Source of the DNA: Pristiophorus japonicus
Taxonomy: Eukaryota
Direction of reading: 5' to 3'
Assembly (NCBI RefSeq): GCF_044704955.1
Contig: NC_091999.1
Span: 50,468,001 to 50,532,000 of the forward strand
Length of the DNA: 64,000 bases
Shown here: positions 24,215 through 37,775 of the stretch, piece by piece
Layout: every line of letters starts with the position of its first letter
Numbering within the stretch: the first letter of the stretch is position 1
Position numbers and translations under genes: made by a program
Notes under the pieces: model-generated
The model's database searches: none
What the model was told of the DNA's origin: nothing
What the model saw: only the letters and a program-made list of their open reading frames with translations

Positions 24215-26830
24215 AATATTACACTAGAACCTGGCTCTCTTAAGACCCTGTCCCTGTTAATATTACACGGGACCCTGTCTCTGTTTATATTACCCGTGTC
24301 CCTGTCTCTGTTTATATTGTACCAGACCCTGTCTCTGTTTATATTGCACTAGACTCTGTCCCAGTTTATATTACACTAGACACTGTCTCTGTTTATATTA
24401 GTCTCGACCCTGTCTCTGTTTATATTATAATGGACCCTGTCGGTGTTTATATTATTCTGGACCCTGTCCCAGTTTATATTGCACTAGACCCTGCCTCTGT
24501 TTATATTACAGTAGACTCTGTCTCTGTTTTTATTACACTAGACCCTGTCTCTGTTTATATTACACTAGACCCTGTCCCAGTTTATATTACACTAGACACT
24601 GTCTCTGTTTATATTGTACTAGACCCTGTCTCTGTTTATATTACACTAGACCCTGCCTCTGTTTACATTACATTAGACCCACTCCCAATTCATATTACAC
24701 TAGAGACTGTCTCTATTTATATTAGTCTAGACCCTGTCTCTGTTTATATTCGACTAGACCCTGTCTCTGTTTATATTACACTGGACCATGTTTCTGTTTA
24801 TATTAAACTAGACCCTGTCTCTGCTTATATTACACTAGACCCTGTCTCTGTTTATATTGTTCCAGACACTATCCCTGTTTATATTACACTAGACTCTGTC
24901 TCTGTTTATATTACACTAGACCCTGTCTCTGTTTATATTGTACTAGACACTGTCTCTGTTTATATTACACTAGACCCTGCCTCTGTTTACATTACACTAG
25001 ACCCTCTTCCAGTTCATATTATACTGGACCCTGTCTCTGTTTATATTAAACTAGCTCCTGTCTCTGTTTATTTTACACTAGACCCTATCTCTCTTCATAT
25101 TACACTAGACCCTGTCTCCGTTTATATTAAACTAGACCCTGTCTCTGTTTATATTACACTAGACACTGTCTGTGTCTATATTCTTCTTAACACTATCCCT
25201 GTTTATATTGGACTCGACCCTGTCTCTGTTTATATTAAACTAGACGCTGCCTCTGTTTTTGTTACACTAGACCATGTCTCTGTTTATATTACACCAGACA
25301 CTGCCACTGTTTATATTCTTTCTGACACTATCCCTGTTTATATTACACTAGACCCTGTCTCTGTTTGTATTACACTAGACTCTGTCTCTGTTTATATTAC
25401 ACTAGACCCTGTCTTTGTTTATATTCTTCCAGACACTATCCCTGTTTATATTACACTAGACCCTGTCTCTGTTTATAATACACTAGACCCTGCCTCTGTT
25501 TATATTACACTGGACACTGTCTCTGTCTATATTCTTCTTAACACTATCCCTGTTTATATTGGACTCAACCCTGTCTCTGTTTATATTAAACTAGACCCTG
25601 TCTCTGTTTATATTACACTAGACCATGTCTCTGTTTATATTACACCAGACACTGCCTCTGTTTATATTCTTTCTGACACTATCCCTGTTTATGTTATACT
25701 AGACCCTGTCTCTGTTTGTATTACACTAGACCCTGTCTCTGTTATATTACACTAGACCATGTCTCTGTTTATATTGCACCAGACACTGCCTCTGTTATAT
25801 TCTTTCTGACACTATCCCTGTTTATATTACACTAGACCCTGTCTCTGTTTGTATTACACTAGACCCTGTCTCTGTTTATATTACACTAGACCCTGTCTCT
25901 GTTTTTATTCTTCCAGGCACTATCCCTGTTTATATTACACTTGACCTTGTCTCTGTTTATAATACACTCGACCCTGTCTCTGTTTATACTACACTAGACC
26001 CTGTCTCTGTTTATTTTACTCCAGACCCTGTATCTATTTATATTACACTGGACCCGGTCTCTGTTCATATCACACAAGACCCTGTCTCTGTTTATATTCT
26101 TCCAGACACTATCCCTGTTTATATTACACTAGACGCTGTCTCTGTTTATAATACACTAGACCCTGTCTCTGTTTATAATATACTAGACACTGTCTCTGTT
26201 TATACTACATTAGACCCTGTCTCTGTTTATATTACACCAGACACTGCCTCTGTTTATATTCTTTCTGACACTATCCCTGTTTATATTACACTCGACCCTG
26301 TCTCTGTTTATAATACACTAGACCCTGTCTCTGTTTATACTACACTAGACCCGGTCTCTGTTTATTTTACTCTAGACCCTGTCTCTATTTATATTACACT
26401 GGACCCTGTCTCTGTTAATATCACACAAGACCCTGTCTCTGTTTATATTCTTCCAGACACTATCCCTGTTTATATTACACTAGACCCTGTCTCTGTTTAT
26501 AATATACTAGACACTGTCTCTGTTTATACTACATTAGAATCTGTCTCTGTTTATATTACACTAGACCCTCTCTCTGTTTATATTACACTAGACCATGTCT
26601 CTGTTTATATTACACCAGACACTATCTTTGTTTATAATCTTTCTGACACTATCCTTGTTTATATTTCACTAGACCCTATCTTTGTTTGTATTACACTAGA
26701 CTCTGTCTCTGTTTATATTCCAATAGACACTGTCTCAGTTTATATCACACGAGACCCTGTCTCTTCTTATAATACGCCAGGCATTGTCACTGTTTATATT
26801 ATCTTCGACACTGTCTCTCTTTTTATTACA
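24215..26830 (+). repeat. 27-bp satellite (GACCCTGTCTCTGTTTATATTACACTA)n
   Basis: The unit is directly visible and produces the 9-aa DPVSVYITL repeat in the ORF track. Confidence 0.95.
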
Positions 26831-27639
26831 CCAGATCATCTTTCCTTTTCAAATATATATTGATTTCCCTATTTGAAAGTTATAATTAAATTTGCTACCA
26901 TCACCCTTCCAGACACTACATTCCAGGTTATTACAACTCGCTGCATAAAAAATCTCCTTATCTCCCGTCTGGATTTATTTTTTCATTCATCTTAATCTTT
27001 GTGTTCTGGTTACCGATAGACCTGCCGATAGAATCCCCACCTTACTATCAACTCAATGAAACCCCTTCACAATTTTGAAAACATCTGTTAATCTCCCCTA
27101 AGCATTCCCTGCTATAATAAGAATAAACCCATCCTCTCTCGTCTCCAGAAAACTGAACTCCCTCATGCCTTGCACCAATCTCCTCTGCATCCTCGACAAG
27201 AGCCCGACAATCTTCTTAAAATTTGGATTGAAAAAAATTCAATCTTTATTTGCCCTTCAGATTATTTCTAAGGATACATGCTCCCTTCAAATTTGACTGA
27301 CTGAGAAGCATTAATTATATTGTTTTACTTGTTTTGACAAAATGGACGGTGACTGAAATGCTCAGCAACATCCGTCTCCACATGACTCATGTATCAATAT
27401 GATCATTGTCGCCACCTGCTGATAAACGACATCTACTGCAAGCTCCAGAGCTTACTTCAAACATGATTCATAACACCCACAACAATAACTTGCTTGAACG
27501 TTTACCCAGAGGATTTTTTTTAGAACAAACCACAAGAGGTGCAGATGATCAGGAAGTATCAAGGGCGGAATTAGCAAAATTATTATTGCAAATTCACCTT
27601 CAGCTCATCATACAGAGCGGTCAGATTAGATAAACTTCC

Positions 27640-29063
27640 ATAATGAATAAAAACCTCACAGGAAAAATGGTGCAACCGTGGCTAACAAGGGAAGTTAATG
27701 ATAGTATTAGATTAAATTAACAGCCATGGAATGTTGACAAAAAGAGTAGTAAGCCCGAAAATTAGGAAGATTTTGGAATTCTGCAAAAGATGCACATGCA
27801 ACTGATAATATGGGAGAAAATATAAAATTAAATAAGCTATCAAAATCTACAAACAGATGGTTAGAGCTTCTACACGTGTATAGAAAGATGACTTAAATTA
27901 GCGTACTTTACAATACAAAGGTAGATAGGACAGTAAACAGTGAGGAAGAAGTAAGGAGGCTGCAAAGGGATATTGACAGGTTAAGTGAGTGGGCATGAAC
28001 ATGGCAGATTGAGTATAATGTGGAGAAGTGTGAAGTTACGCACTTTGGTAGGACAAATAGAGACGCAGAAAATTTTTTAAATGCTGAGAAACTGGGTAAT
28101 ATTGTTATTCAGAAACACCTGGATGGCCTTGTACACGAATCACAGAAAGCTAACATGGAGCCAAAGTGAGCAATTAGGAAAGCAAATGGTAAGCAACATT
28201 TTATTGCAAAGGGATTGGAATATTAGAAAAAAGAAGCCTTCATGCACTTATATAGGGCTCTGCTGAGACTACACCTGATGTATCGTGTACAGTTTTGTTC
28301 TCCTTATCTAAGGAAGGATGCACTTGCCTTGGAGGGAGTGCATCTCAGGTTCATCAGACTGATCTGATTCCTGGGACGGCGGCGGGGGCGTGAGGCTGTT
28401 CTATCAGGAGAGATTGAGTATCTAATGTCCATATTTCCTCGGAAATCACAACATAAGAACATAAGAATTGGGAGCAGGAGTAGGCCATATGATTCAGCGA
28501 GCCTGTTCCGTCATTCAACGGGATCATGGCTGCTCTTCTACCTCAACTCCCCTTCCCTGCACTATCCACATATCTTAATGGAAACATATGCAGGGCTTCA
28601 GGGAAATGGCGGGGGATTGGTCAATTATACAAAGTACGTCAAGTGTGGTCTAACCATGTTTAGCATAACTATTTCACGTTTCAATTCGATCCCTCTAGAA
28701 ATAAACCCGAGTGTAGGTGTTCTTCTTTTTATAGCATTATTAACCTGCGTCGCTACCTTTAGTGATGTGTGTATTTGCATTCTCAGAGACCTGTGTTCCT
28801 CCATCCCACATAGATTCTTATTTTAAACGTGATAAGTGACCTCCTTATTTTTCTCACCAAACTGTAATAACTCATACTTGTCTGTGTTGAAATTAATTAG
28901 TCAGTCCGTGTATTCTTTTAATTAGTTGCAGTGTTCCACAGTATTTAAACGCCAACCCGCCCGCCCCAAGTGCATTGGTAAAATTTAGATATTGTGTGTT
29001 TGACTCCAAAATCTAAATTGTTAATATAAGTTGTGAACAATAGTGGACCCAGCACTGACCTTT
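27640..29063. mobile_element. decayed CR1 fragments (+ strand ~27640-28420; - strand ~28450-29063)
   Basis: LQRDIDRLSEWA-like and RLHLMYRVQF-like remnants are present, with an aacataagaa tail at 28450 and SVLGPLLFT near the gap. Confidence 0.7.
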
Positions 29064-29424
29064 NNNNNNNNNNNNNNNNNNNNNNNNNNNNNNNNNNNNN
29101 NNNNNNNNNNNNNNNNNNNNNNNNNNNNNNNNNNNNNNNNNNNNNNNNNNNNNNNNNNNNNNNNNNNNNNNNNNNNNNNNNNNNNNNNNNNNNNNNNNNN
29201 NNNNNNNNNNNNNNNNNNNNNNNNNNNNNNNNNNNNNNNNNNNNNNNNNNNNNNNNNNNNNNNNNNNNNNNNNNNNNNNNNNNNNNNNNNNNNNNNNNNN
29301 NNNNNNNNNNNNNNNNNNNNNNNNNNNNNNNNNNNNNNNNNNNNNNNNNNNNNNNNNNNNNNNNNNNNNNNNNNNNNNNNNNNNNNNNNNNNNNNNNNNN
29401 NNNNNNNNNNNNNNNNNNNNNNNN
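29064..29424. other. assembly gap (361 N)
   Basis: Run of N. Confidence 1.
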
Positions 29425-30966
29425 CAGTACTGATACACCAGCTGACTGCTGCTAATGACATGATGTCTGAGACTTTGGATATATTTCCTTTCCTGCAATA
29501 TGTGAATAGTTACACACATTTACACAACGAAAACATTTTACTTAACACCAGTTCTGTTATTGGGTAGATGTGTATATAAATAGGTCTTTTCACAACGTAA
29601 ATGTTTTGAAGTTGGCTTCCAGGCATGCGGTCAGTAGAGAGAAAACTGACCTTTGATGGAGTGCACAGAACCCCAGATGCTTCCTGAAAATGACACTGGT
29701 GTTCGAGGCTCGCTGACGGCAGTCGGTTGGGTTACTGCCAAATATTGTGCGGGTCAGATTAGCGTGAACAAGAATGAGAGAAAGATGGTATTTAACTATT
29801 TAAATATTACATTATTCAGTCGAACTTTTAAAATAAGAAACATTTTACATCGTATAACATCTCAAGAATGATTTTACGTAAATTGCATGCTCACAATATT
29901 ACAAAACAGGATCGGAAAATAATGAATTGATACACACAGTACCTAATGAAAACTATTTCCAAATAAAGACCATTCTAAATCTTTCAGTCGATTTATTCAG
30001 TACAGCATGAAGTGCTGGAGAGAGGTTTAATGTCCTCACCCCACACTGTAATGAGATGAGTGGGATTCGCAAAGCAACTAAAACAGGTTGAAGTGCCTTG
30101 AATATTCTCACAGAGAAGTGCCAGCTGCACTTCTTTAATATTCTCACAGAATTTTGCGCCTGGTCTAAACTAATGTCTCCATTATTCGTGATCAGTAGCC
30201 GCGCAGTGTGCAGTGTAATTTGAACTGATTTGGATCGCTGAACAAGCCCTCTCACAGCCCGGCTACCAGTGGGTGGTGAAAGGCCCAGATTGTGATCTGT
30301 TTCTGCTGGAGATGAAGCATTTATTCCTGTGATATTCTGTAACATATCACTATGTCCTGATAGACCGTGTTCCTGTTACCCGTGTCTGTTACACATTCGG
30401 TCGCTATTAAAGTTAGCTGCAAGGATTTGGATGTCGAGGTTTGCTGATCACATTATCGATTCTGATTCACCAGCTTCTCTCATAAAACGCTGGTCTGAAG
30501 CGGGCGGGCCCCACTTTCTTATGTGTCTTCGTCAACTCACTCCTTAATCATCAGACAAGTGGACTTATTTTACAGCTAAATTTTACAGCTAAACGGCTGT
30601 CTTAGAGTCACAGACTCAGGGGCATTAGTGAAATGCAGTGAGAGACAATTGTATAATGTGAGGAGTATGATATCATCTCCAGAACAAAAGTGTAGCTTCA
30701 GCCAAGTACACTGTAAATAGAATCACATTACCCATCTACCGCACTCGGGTACATAGAGTGATATCAATTCAGATTATAGGGGATACTTTACTGGTACAGT
30801 TGCATGGATAGATAGCGGGAGATGTAAAAGCACAAACTGGCCGTGTGTTTAGATCCTGATAATGTAATTCAATCTCAAAGATTTACATCCCCTGTGAAAG
30901 AGTGAGGAATAAAGGGATTTAATTTACAGTCCAGATGTGAGTCCATTCTGTTGGTGATGTGGAAAG

Positions 30967-31049
30967 AGTGACGTGGATACAGAAACCGCTTCTATCAGGG
31001 AATCAATGGGTGGCGCCTTTAACCTCGCCCCCATCTCCCGGGTATTTAG
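30967..31049 (+). promoter_or_regulatory. VH promoter: CRE/TCR-decamer-like AGTGACGTGG (30967-76) and TATA-like TATTTAG (31043-49); no octamer seen
   Basis: The motifs lie ~175 and ~100 bp upstream of the leader ATG. Shark VH promoters are known to lack the Ig octamer. Confidence 0.5.
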
Positions 31050-31141
31050 CTGCCGGCCACTGGGAGCGCAATACAACAGTCTGGGAGTGGGTTTGCTCAG
31101 TGAGTTCTTGCCAGAACCAGTCACCACACATTGCCAGGAGG

Positions 31142-31187
31142 ATGAGGTCGGCGATTGCTTTCGTTTTGTTGCTGGCTTTACTTTCCC
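31142..31187 (+). pseudogene. IGHV: IgM VH leader exon
   Basis: It encodes MRSAIAFVLLLALLS(R), followed by a phase-1 gtgagt donor. Confidence 0.92.
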
Positions 31188-31315
31188 GTGAGTCGTTTTT
31201 ATTGTCCAATTCTCTCATTGTTACTGTCTCAGTGATAGTCTCTCTATGGAATTTTACAGAGTCAGGAATCATTTCTCGAGGATTGATCCTCGGGGTATTT
31301 TGATTATTTTTACAG

Positions 31316-31635
31316 GTGTCCAGTCGGATGTGGTGTTGACTCAGCCCGAGGCAAAGACCAGGATTTCCTGAGGCTCCCTGAGACTGACCTGTAAACCAGC
31401 GGGTTCGATCTTAGCGGCTATGGTATGAACTGGGTCCGCCAGGTTCCCGGACAGGGGCTGGATTGGCTGGTTTACTACTACACTCCAGCGAGCAACAATA
31501 ACGTCCCAGGGATTGAGAGCCGATTTACTGCATCCAAAGACACTTCAAACAACATCTTCACGTTGGACATGAAGAACATGAGGAGCGAAGACACCGCCAT
31601 CTATTACTGTGCAAGGAAGGACTATGGGAGTGGGT
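31316..31635 (+). pseudogene. IGHV: IgM VH exon pre-joined to D1 (V-D1), pseudogene
   Basis: After the ttttacag acceptor it reads [57 protein letters not shown], then 19 extra nt ending AGTGGGT. There is a stop at 31369-71 and a -1 frameshift at ~31395. Confidence 0.93.
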
Positions 31636-31673
31636 CACGGTGCAATACAGAGCGAGCTCTCCATACAAAAACC
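31636..31673 (+). other. recombination signal sequence, 22-bp spacer (D1 3' type)
   Basis: CACGGTG (31636-42) + 22 nt + ACAAAAACC (31665-73). Confidence 0.92.
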
Positions 31674-31764
31674 CCAGACAGGGAGTTTGCTCAAACCTGC
31701 GACCATTACCACGCCAGGAGCGTCGAAGGAACTGAGGCTTAAATAAAAATAATTAGAAATAAGT

Positions 31765-31796
<32 letters not shown>

Positions 31797-32002
31797 AATG
31801 TATAACAGTTTTCTTCTTTATTACTATTGATTGCCATGTTGAACATGCACAGATGCTTCAGAAGTATTCCAATCATTTTTGTAAATATAATGAACGGTAC
31901 AAAATGAAATATCTCGCTGATTCACTCTTACGATAGTCGGAATCGGGTTTTTAGAGCTGGGTGGAATTTAATCTCTGTATTTTACAGTTAACAGTCCGCC
32001 GG

Positions 32003-32030
32003 AGTATTTGACACAACGTGTCTCACTCTG
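32003..32030 (-). other. recombination signal sequence, 12-bp spacer (D2 5' type), degenerate
   Basis: AGTATTTGA (6/9 to GGTTTTTGT) + 12 nt + CACTCTG (6/7 to CACTGTG). No nonamer is present at the 23-bp position. Confidence 0.7.
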
Positions 32031-32080
32031 TTACGCAATTGGCTACTGGGGACAAGGGACCATGGTGACGGTGACTGCAG
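32031..32080 (+). pseudogene. IGHJ: JH segment (probably D2-J pre-joined)
   Basis: It encodes YAIGYWGQGTMVTVTA, followed by a gtaagg donor at 32081. Confidence 0.93.
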
Positions 32081-35000
32081 GTAAGGAGCATTCACTGATT
32101 CAGTAACACTTGTATTTGTGTCTTTATTTTATATTTCTGTTTATTTTAATAATTATTTCGTTCACTGAAACTTGGGTCCGGTGGATTTTGTTTTGAGATT
32201 TTTTTGCAATTATCAATGTGATTCTGCTGCAAAGTGATTATAAAATTCAACTGTTTCTCCACAGAAAATGTTGCTGATGTGATTTGGTATTTATTTGCTG
32301 ACGAGACTGTGTGTCGAGGTTACTTTAAATACCTTATGATCATTACACTGTTTGACGTTTCTGCAATGTTTAATCTTGGTGACCTCTGATTGCTGGAGTT
32401 TTTCTGATCGAATGCAAACATTGTGTTTGAATGTGTTTAAAAGAACATTGTAGGCACAAAACAGAAAGCTTAGAGGTCAGTAAATAACCTTAAGGTCATT
32501 TAAGTTTTTTCATGAAAATTACATTGTCATCTACTGACCGAATGTTCCCGAATGATCAGATTCAATACGTGAGTTGTAATTAAGAACTGACAAATTAACA
32601 TATTTCCAGCTGGAACACATTTAAATTAACATTATTATAACGTAGTAATATCACCGATTATTATTGAAATACGCTATAATATCAAAATTAATGTATTTAA
32701 CATGATCCGTCCAATCACAATTCTCTGTCAGTATTTTATATTTCTGTTGAATTCAATCTTTCGTTATTTCAGTGTTAGGCGGGTTTGATGATTGTGTAAT
32801 GAGATTTTTTGCAATGATACATTTGATTCTGCTGAAAGGGTTTATAGAATTACGGATCTGCTCCATGAAAGGTTCTGTCGAGGGATTCCGCCCCTCAGCG
32901 ATGTGATTTAGTGTTGATCTGCTGAGGAGAGTTTGTGCCTGTGTTACTCAGAATACCTAGAATTTGTGAAACTGTTTGGCGTTTCTACAATGTTTAATAT
33001 CGGTGACAGCAGCAGGTTTCTGATCGAATCCAAACACGATATGTATTTTGAAACTGTTTGAAAACAGTCGGTAGGCAAAGAACAGGACGGGTTTAGACAT
33101 CAGAAATTATTGAAAGGTATTTTAACATCACAATTATTGAAGTGATAATTATATATTCAACTATTAATCAATGTTGACGATGCTGGTATATTAATATGTG
33201 AAATGTAACTAGTTGCCATCTACATAATTAACTTATTCAGGTTGTAGTTGGATTAAATTACTATTAACCAACCGATTATAATGCAATAATATCTCTGAAT
33301 GTTATTCAAATATGCTATAAGTCCAATGTTCATTTACTTAATATTATTCGCCTTCAAAAATCCTGCTCGACACTGGGCACCATTAAGGCAAGCAGAAACT
33401 TTTAGAGGCTGGATACAGTTATTAATTATGCCTGCAATTATTTCATTAACAACATACTGATTCCACCGCTGTGTTCAGTTTGAGTCGGGAGTTCAATTAC
33501 TTGCTACCTCCTGTTTACACAGATGAATGACTGAGTGCAATTAATTATAACTTAAAGCCGTGTTGCAAATTCCATTTTATCAATTTAATATATCTGCCGG
33601 GGTATGACATTCTCACTGTGTAGCAGAAATTTGTTATTGAATCAATATTGTGTGTTGTTTGATAGAATTATCACTAAGTTAATCTTGAACACTTTGCAAG
33701 AACCAAAGCTGAAAGACAGGCGTCGCTGGCAGTCAAAGAATTGTTCATGTAATTATATTGAAATTCAAGGCAGGTTCCGACTGCGTATGGCTGGAGACAG
33801 CAAATAATCCATTGAAATTCAAGCAGATTAATTTACTTACAAAAGGTTCATCTTATTTTGAATTTAAAACAAAATTCAACTCCCAAAACGCTGCTGTATG
33901 CGGAATAGAACGGTAGACAAAGCACAAATCATATCTGAGAGCTATGTTTAATTCTTATTAATATTAAATTGATGAACAATGTCTCTCCTCCATTTGCTCA
34001 TTCAGTTTCAGTGCCCCAGATGGTCTGAATGAATTGTTATCCTCTAGTTTTACACTGACCATTCTGGAAACTATTTTCAAGAAGTAGCAGAATATATTTA
34101 ATCATTAACTTACGGGCATTTTGTGACTAACTGGAGTATTCAGCCATGAACTCATTGAATGGCGGTGCAGGCGCGAAGGGCCGAATGGCCTACTCCTGCA
34201 GCTATTTTCTATGTCTCTATGAACTTTAAAAGATTGTCTGTGTTATTCAGTAGCGGAGGCTCTGCTACTGACTGCAAACTGCAAGGATGGATTTTAATTA
34301 ATAAAACCATTTTTGGGGTTTAAGATTGAGGAGAATATTTCAGCTCGAGATTCCAGCATTAGTAAACAAGCGGTTTACAGCCCATCGGAGTTGTGACCCC
34401 GGCTGGACAGAGAACTATTTAAATTAGACCACCCCCAAATCCATCATGTGAAATGTTCTCTGCGAATAGACGCAGTTTATGCTACATTAGAAACATGCAG
34501 AGTTTAAAAAGGTGTCGGTCGAGAGCGGGACATTAGTAGAACTGCCTGATTATTGTCAATTATTCAAATTTGATTCCATTTAAGTAAAAATAAGGTATAT
34601 TTCTGAGTAGTTATGTATTAATATGCTGCTTAATATTTTAATATTGATTAATTGTTATGGTAAGTTAAGTAAACCATAATATATCACAAGTTATCAGGCA
34701 GAAAAGGTTTTAGAATTATTAATAATTACTTGTATTTGTATGGCTGAAATTCAAGCACGTTAATTTAATTTCAAAAGTTCCAGGTAGGTATGCTTCTGAG
34801 GAGGAAGGGCCAGACTGGCACTCAGATTATTTTCAATATTCAGCTAACATGAACATTAAATTAGAATGTAACATCAGTGCTAATTCATTAAAACATAAGC
34901 GAGCCCTTACAATTGTGTTGCATACTGGTCAGTATTACAATTATTGCAAAATTTCAAGGGTTGGAGATAATGTTTAATTCATTCATAAATTAATTTAGAA

Positions 35001-36869
35001 AACAATACATTTATAACTCGGCTGTGCTGAGTTCGACAAGGTGTCGCTGCAGATTTTAGTGAATTAATTTCCTGTTTTTCCGCGATGATTTTACAGGTTA
35101 TATTTACTGATGAAAATATATAAAATCAGTGGGTGATTAGGTATCACTGGATATGTCTCCTGGATTGTGACATTCTTACTCTGTCACCGAGTCCCGTGTG
35201 ACAGGCAGCAAATTCCCGTGGAATGTGAATTATTTCCAGATACTTGCTTTCAGGGAAGTTAATTTTTACACGGTTTACCAGATAGTTGACAGAAATGGGG
35301 AAATGGCTGGATGTTGAAGAGTCTCTCAAATTAATATCAGATTAATTTCAAAGAATCTGCAGCGTTGAGGTGGTTGGAAATTGAAAAGAAATAAACTAGA
35401 AATCAAACAGCTTCATTGAAATTAACAGATTGAACTGGTCTCTCTCTGCCTGGAGCACCCTTGTTGCACCGTTTGTGTCTGTTCTGTTTCTGTGCGCCTG
35501 CTCACTGGGTGAGAATCAGGAGTCCTCCTGACGGGTTGTAAACCTTCTGGATTGTGATCCTGTATTGCGGGCAGTGTCACTTAATTCAGTTATTTAAGAA
35601 ACTGGTATATGTGAGAAACGGGAAAGATTGACTTTAAGGTTGAGGAGTCGCTGTAGAGATGAGATCAGTAATCCAGATTGTGACAGTCAGAAGGAGCAGT
35701 TCCGAAACACCACGGGGAGACAGTCGAAGGAGTTTTAATCAGTTTCTAACCCGGTTGTACCTGCCCTGACAGTGTTTGATATGACAGCTTTACTCTGCAA
35801 CTAACCCGTGCGTTATCTTATCTGCCAATGCTTGATGGGAAATTGCAGAGATAGCTTTAATCAGTCTTTAACCTTTTCTTTAAAAGGACGTGGAATTTAA
35901 TTGGGTCCTTCAATATAGAATGATCTTCTATTTAATCAGAGCTTTGGAGGGGTGGTGCGCTTTAATGGGACAGTGTTTTGGAAGCTTTTCATTGTACTCG
36001 TCATAATTGTGCTTAATTAATCGGTCAATTTGATAACGCATTTTATGGGGAGACATTTCGTAGCACATCTCTGCAGTACTTGAGCTGGGAATGTTTGACG
36101 GGATAGTATAGATAATATATTACTCTGTGTGCAACACTTGCTATACCTGTCCTGACCCACACGGCAGCATAGCGGGAGCTTTGCTCTCTTATCCGTGCTG
36201 TATCTGACCTGAGAGTGCTTGGTCAGGCAGTGTTCTCGGCACCGTTATCAGCGTCTAACAGATAGCAGATAAACTGCTCAATTTTTAATGAGTTATTAAT
36301 GTTTGAACATTTTGAGCATCAGATTACTAATGAACATGATTGGCCTGATCCTCAGCTCACTTTCAGAACAAACAGTTTCAGGAAGTGAATAACGCTTCAG
36401 AAAGCAGCGCCTGTTCTGATCTGATGGGAGGTTACAAGTTATTTCCACAATTAAAATAGAGAATATCGAGACTCCCACTTCAAATAACCATCATGGGGAC
36501 CTCATGTTTAGAAAAATTATGTTGTCCAAGTCTTCCTGAGAAGGTTAAAGGCAGGGACAAACTGTGACGAGATGCAGCTATTGGCCTGGGTCACAACACA
36601 AGGCACACAGTCACTGAGCTGCAATACTGTGAAACATTTAAAGAGAGAGAGTCAACCTGCAATAAGTCATCATTCGCAATGAATTTAAGCCTTTCTAACA
36701 GCATGTGATTGACTAATTTGCGTCAGATTTATAAGATCCCTTTATTTTAAATATCCTCTTTTATTATAACGAACAATAAAAATAGATCTGGTATAGGTGT
36801 CCAAAATATGAAGTGTTTCCTTCCATGAAATCTAGAAGAACTATTCCCACTGACTCGTGTAGACTGATA

Positions 36870-37775
36870 GCATCTCACAGCATTGGAAGAGGCCATTCAG
36901 GCATCGTGCCTGTGCCGGCTCTGAAAGAGCTGTCCAATTTAGTCCAACTCCCCAGAATTTAACGTGCAAATGAATCCTCCTGACGTACTGGAGATACTGC
37001 CTTGTGCATTCCTGAAATTACCAACCCTCTGTGTGAAAAAAATCACCTTAATTTCACCTTCTGATCTTTTCACAATTATTTTAAAACGGCGACATTTGGT
37101 TACCCACCTACTTTCCAGCGGAATAATTTCTCCCGACTTAGTATATCAAAACCTTACATAATGTTGAATATCTCTCTTAGGTCTCCTCTTAACCTCTGCT
37201 CTAAGGAGAATATTCTAGCTTCTCCAATCTCGCCACACAACTGATGACCCCATCCCTGGCATCATCCAGGTAAAAGTCTCCCCTCTACGCTCCCCAAGGG
37301 CTTGACATCCTTCCTACATTGTGGTGACAAAATTGTACGCAATAGTCCAGCTGAGGCCTAACACGTGATCTGTAAGCTTAGCATAACCGCCTTGTTTTTG
37401 TAGTCAATGCCCCATTTACAAAGTCAAGTATCCCATACGCTTTCCTAACAGCCTTACCAGTTTGCCCTGCCCTCTTCAAAGATTTGTGAATATGTACATC
37501 CAGATCTCTCTATTCGTGCATCCCCTCAAAACAATACTATTTAGATTATACTGCCTCTCCAACTTCCACCCAATGTGCATCGCTTCTCAATGATTCGCAT
37601 TTAATTGCAATTGCCATGTCCCAGCCTATTTCACTGGTCCATCTGTCTTCTCATGGAGTCTGCTGCTATCATGCTCACTATTGGCTACGTTGCAAGGTTT
37701 TGCATCATTTTCGAACTTCGAAATTGTATTCCCTGTAACCAAGTCCATGTTATTGTTATATAACAAGAACAACAA
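36870..37775 (-). mobile_element. decayed CR1 3' portion in the J-C intron
   Basis: A 3' UTR-like ggccattc..., plus VRPQLDYCVQFCHH-like and FAT/DD-region remnants on the minus strand. Confidence 0.65.

Noticed and set aside
24430-25755. 441-aa ORF of DPVSVYITL repeats
   Set aside because: It is an artefact of a 27-bp satellite lacking stops in one frame. The array continues out of frame beyond the ORF.
29013-29567. ORFs spanning the N run
   Set aside because: Gap artefacts.
31946-31954. GGTTTTTAG as an RSS nonamer for a separate D segment
   Set aside because: There is no heptamer at 12 or 22/23 bp spacing.
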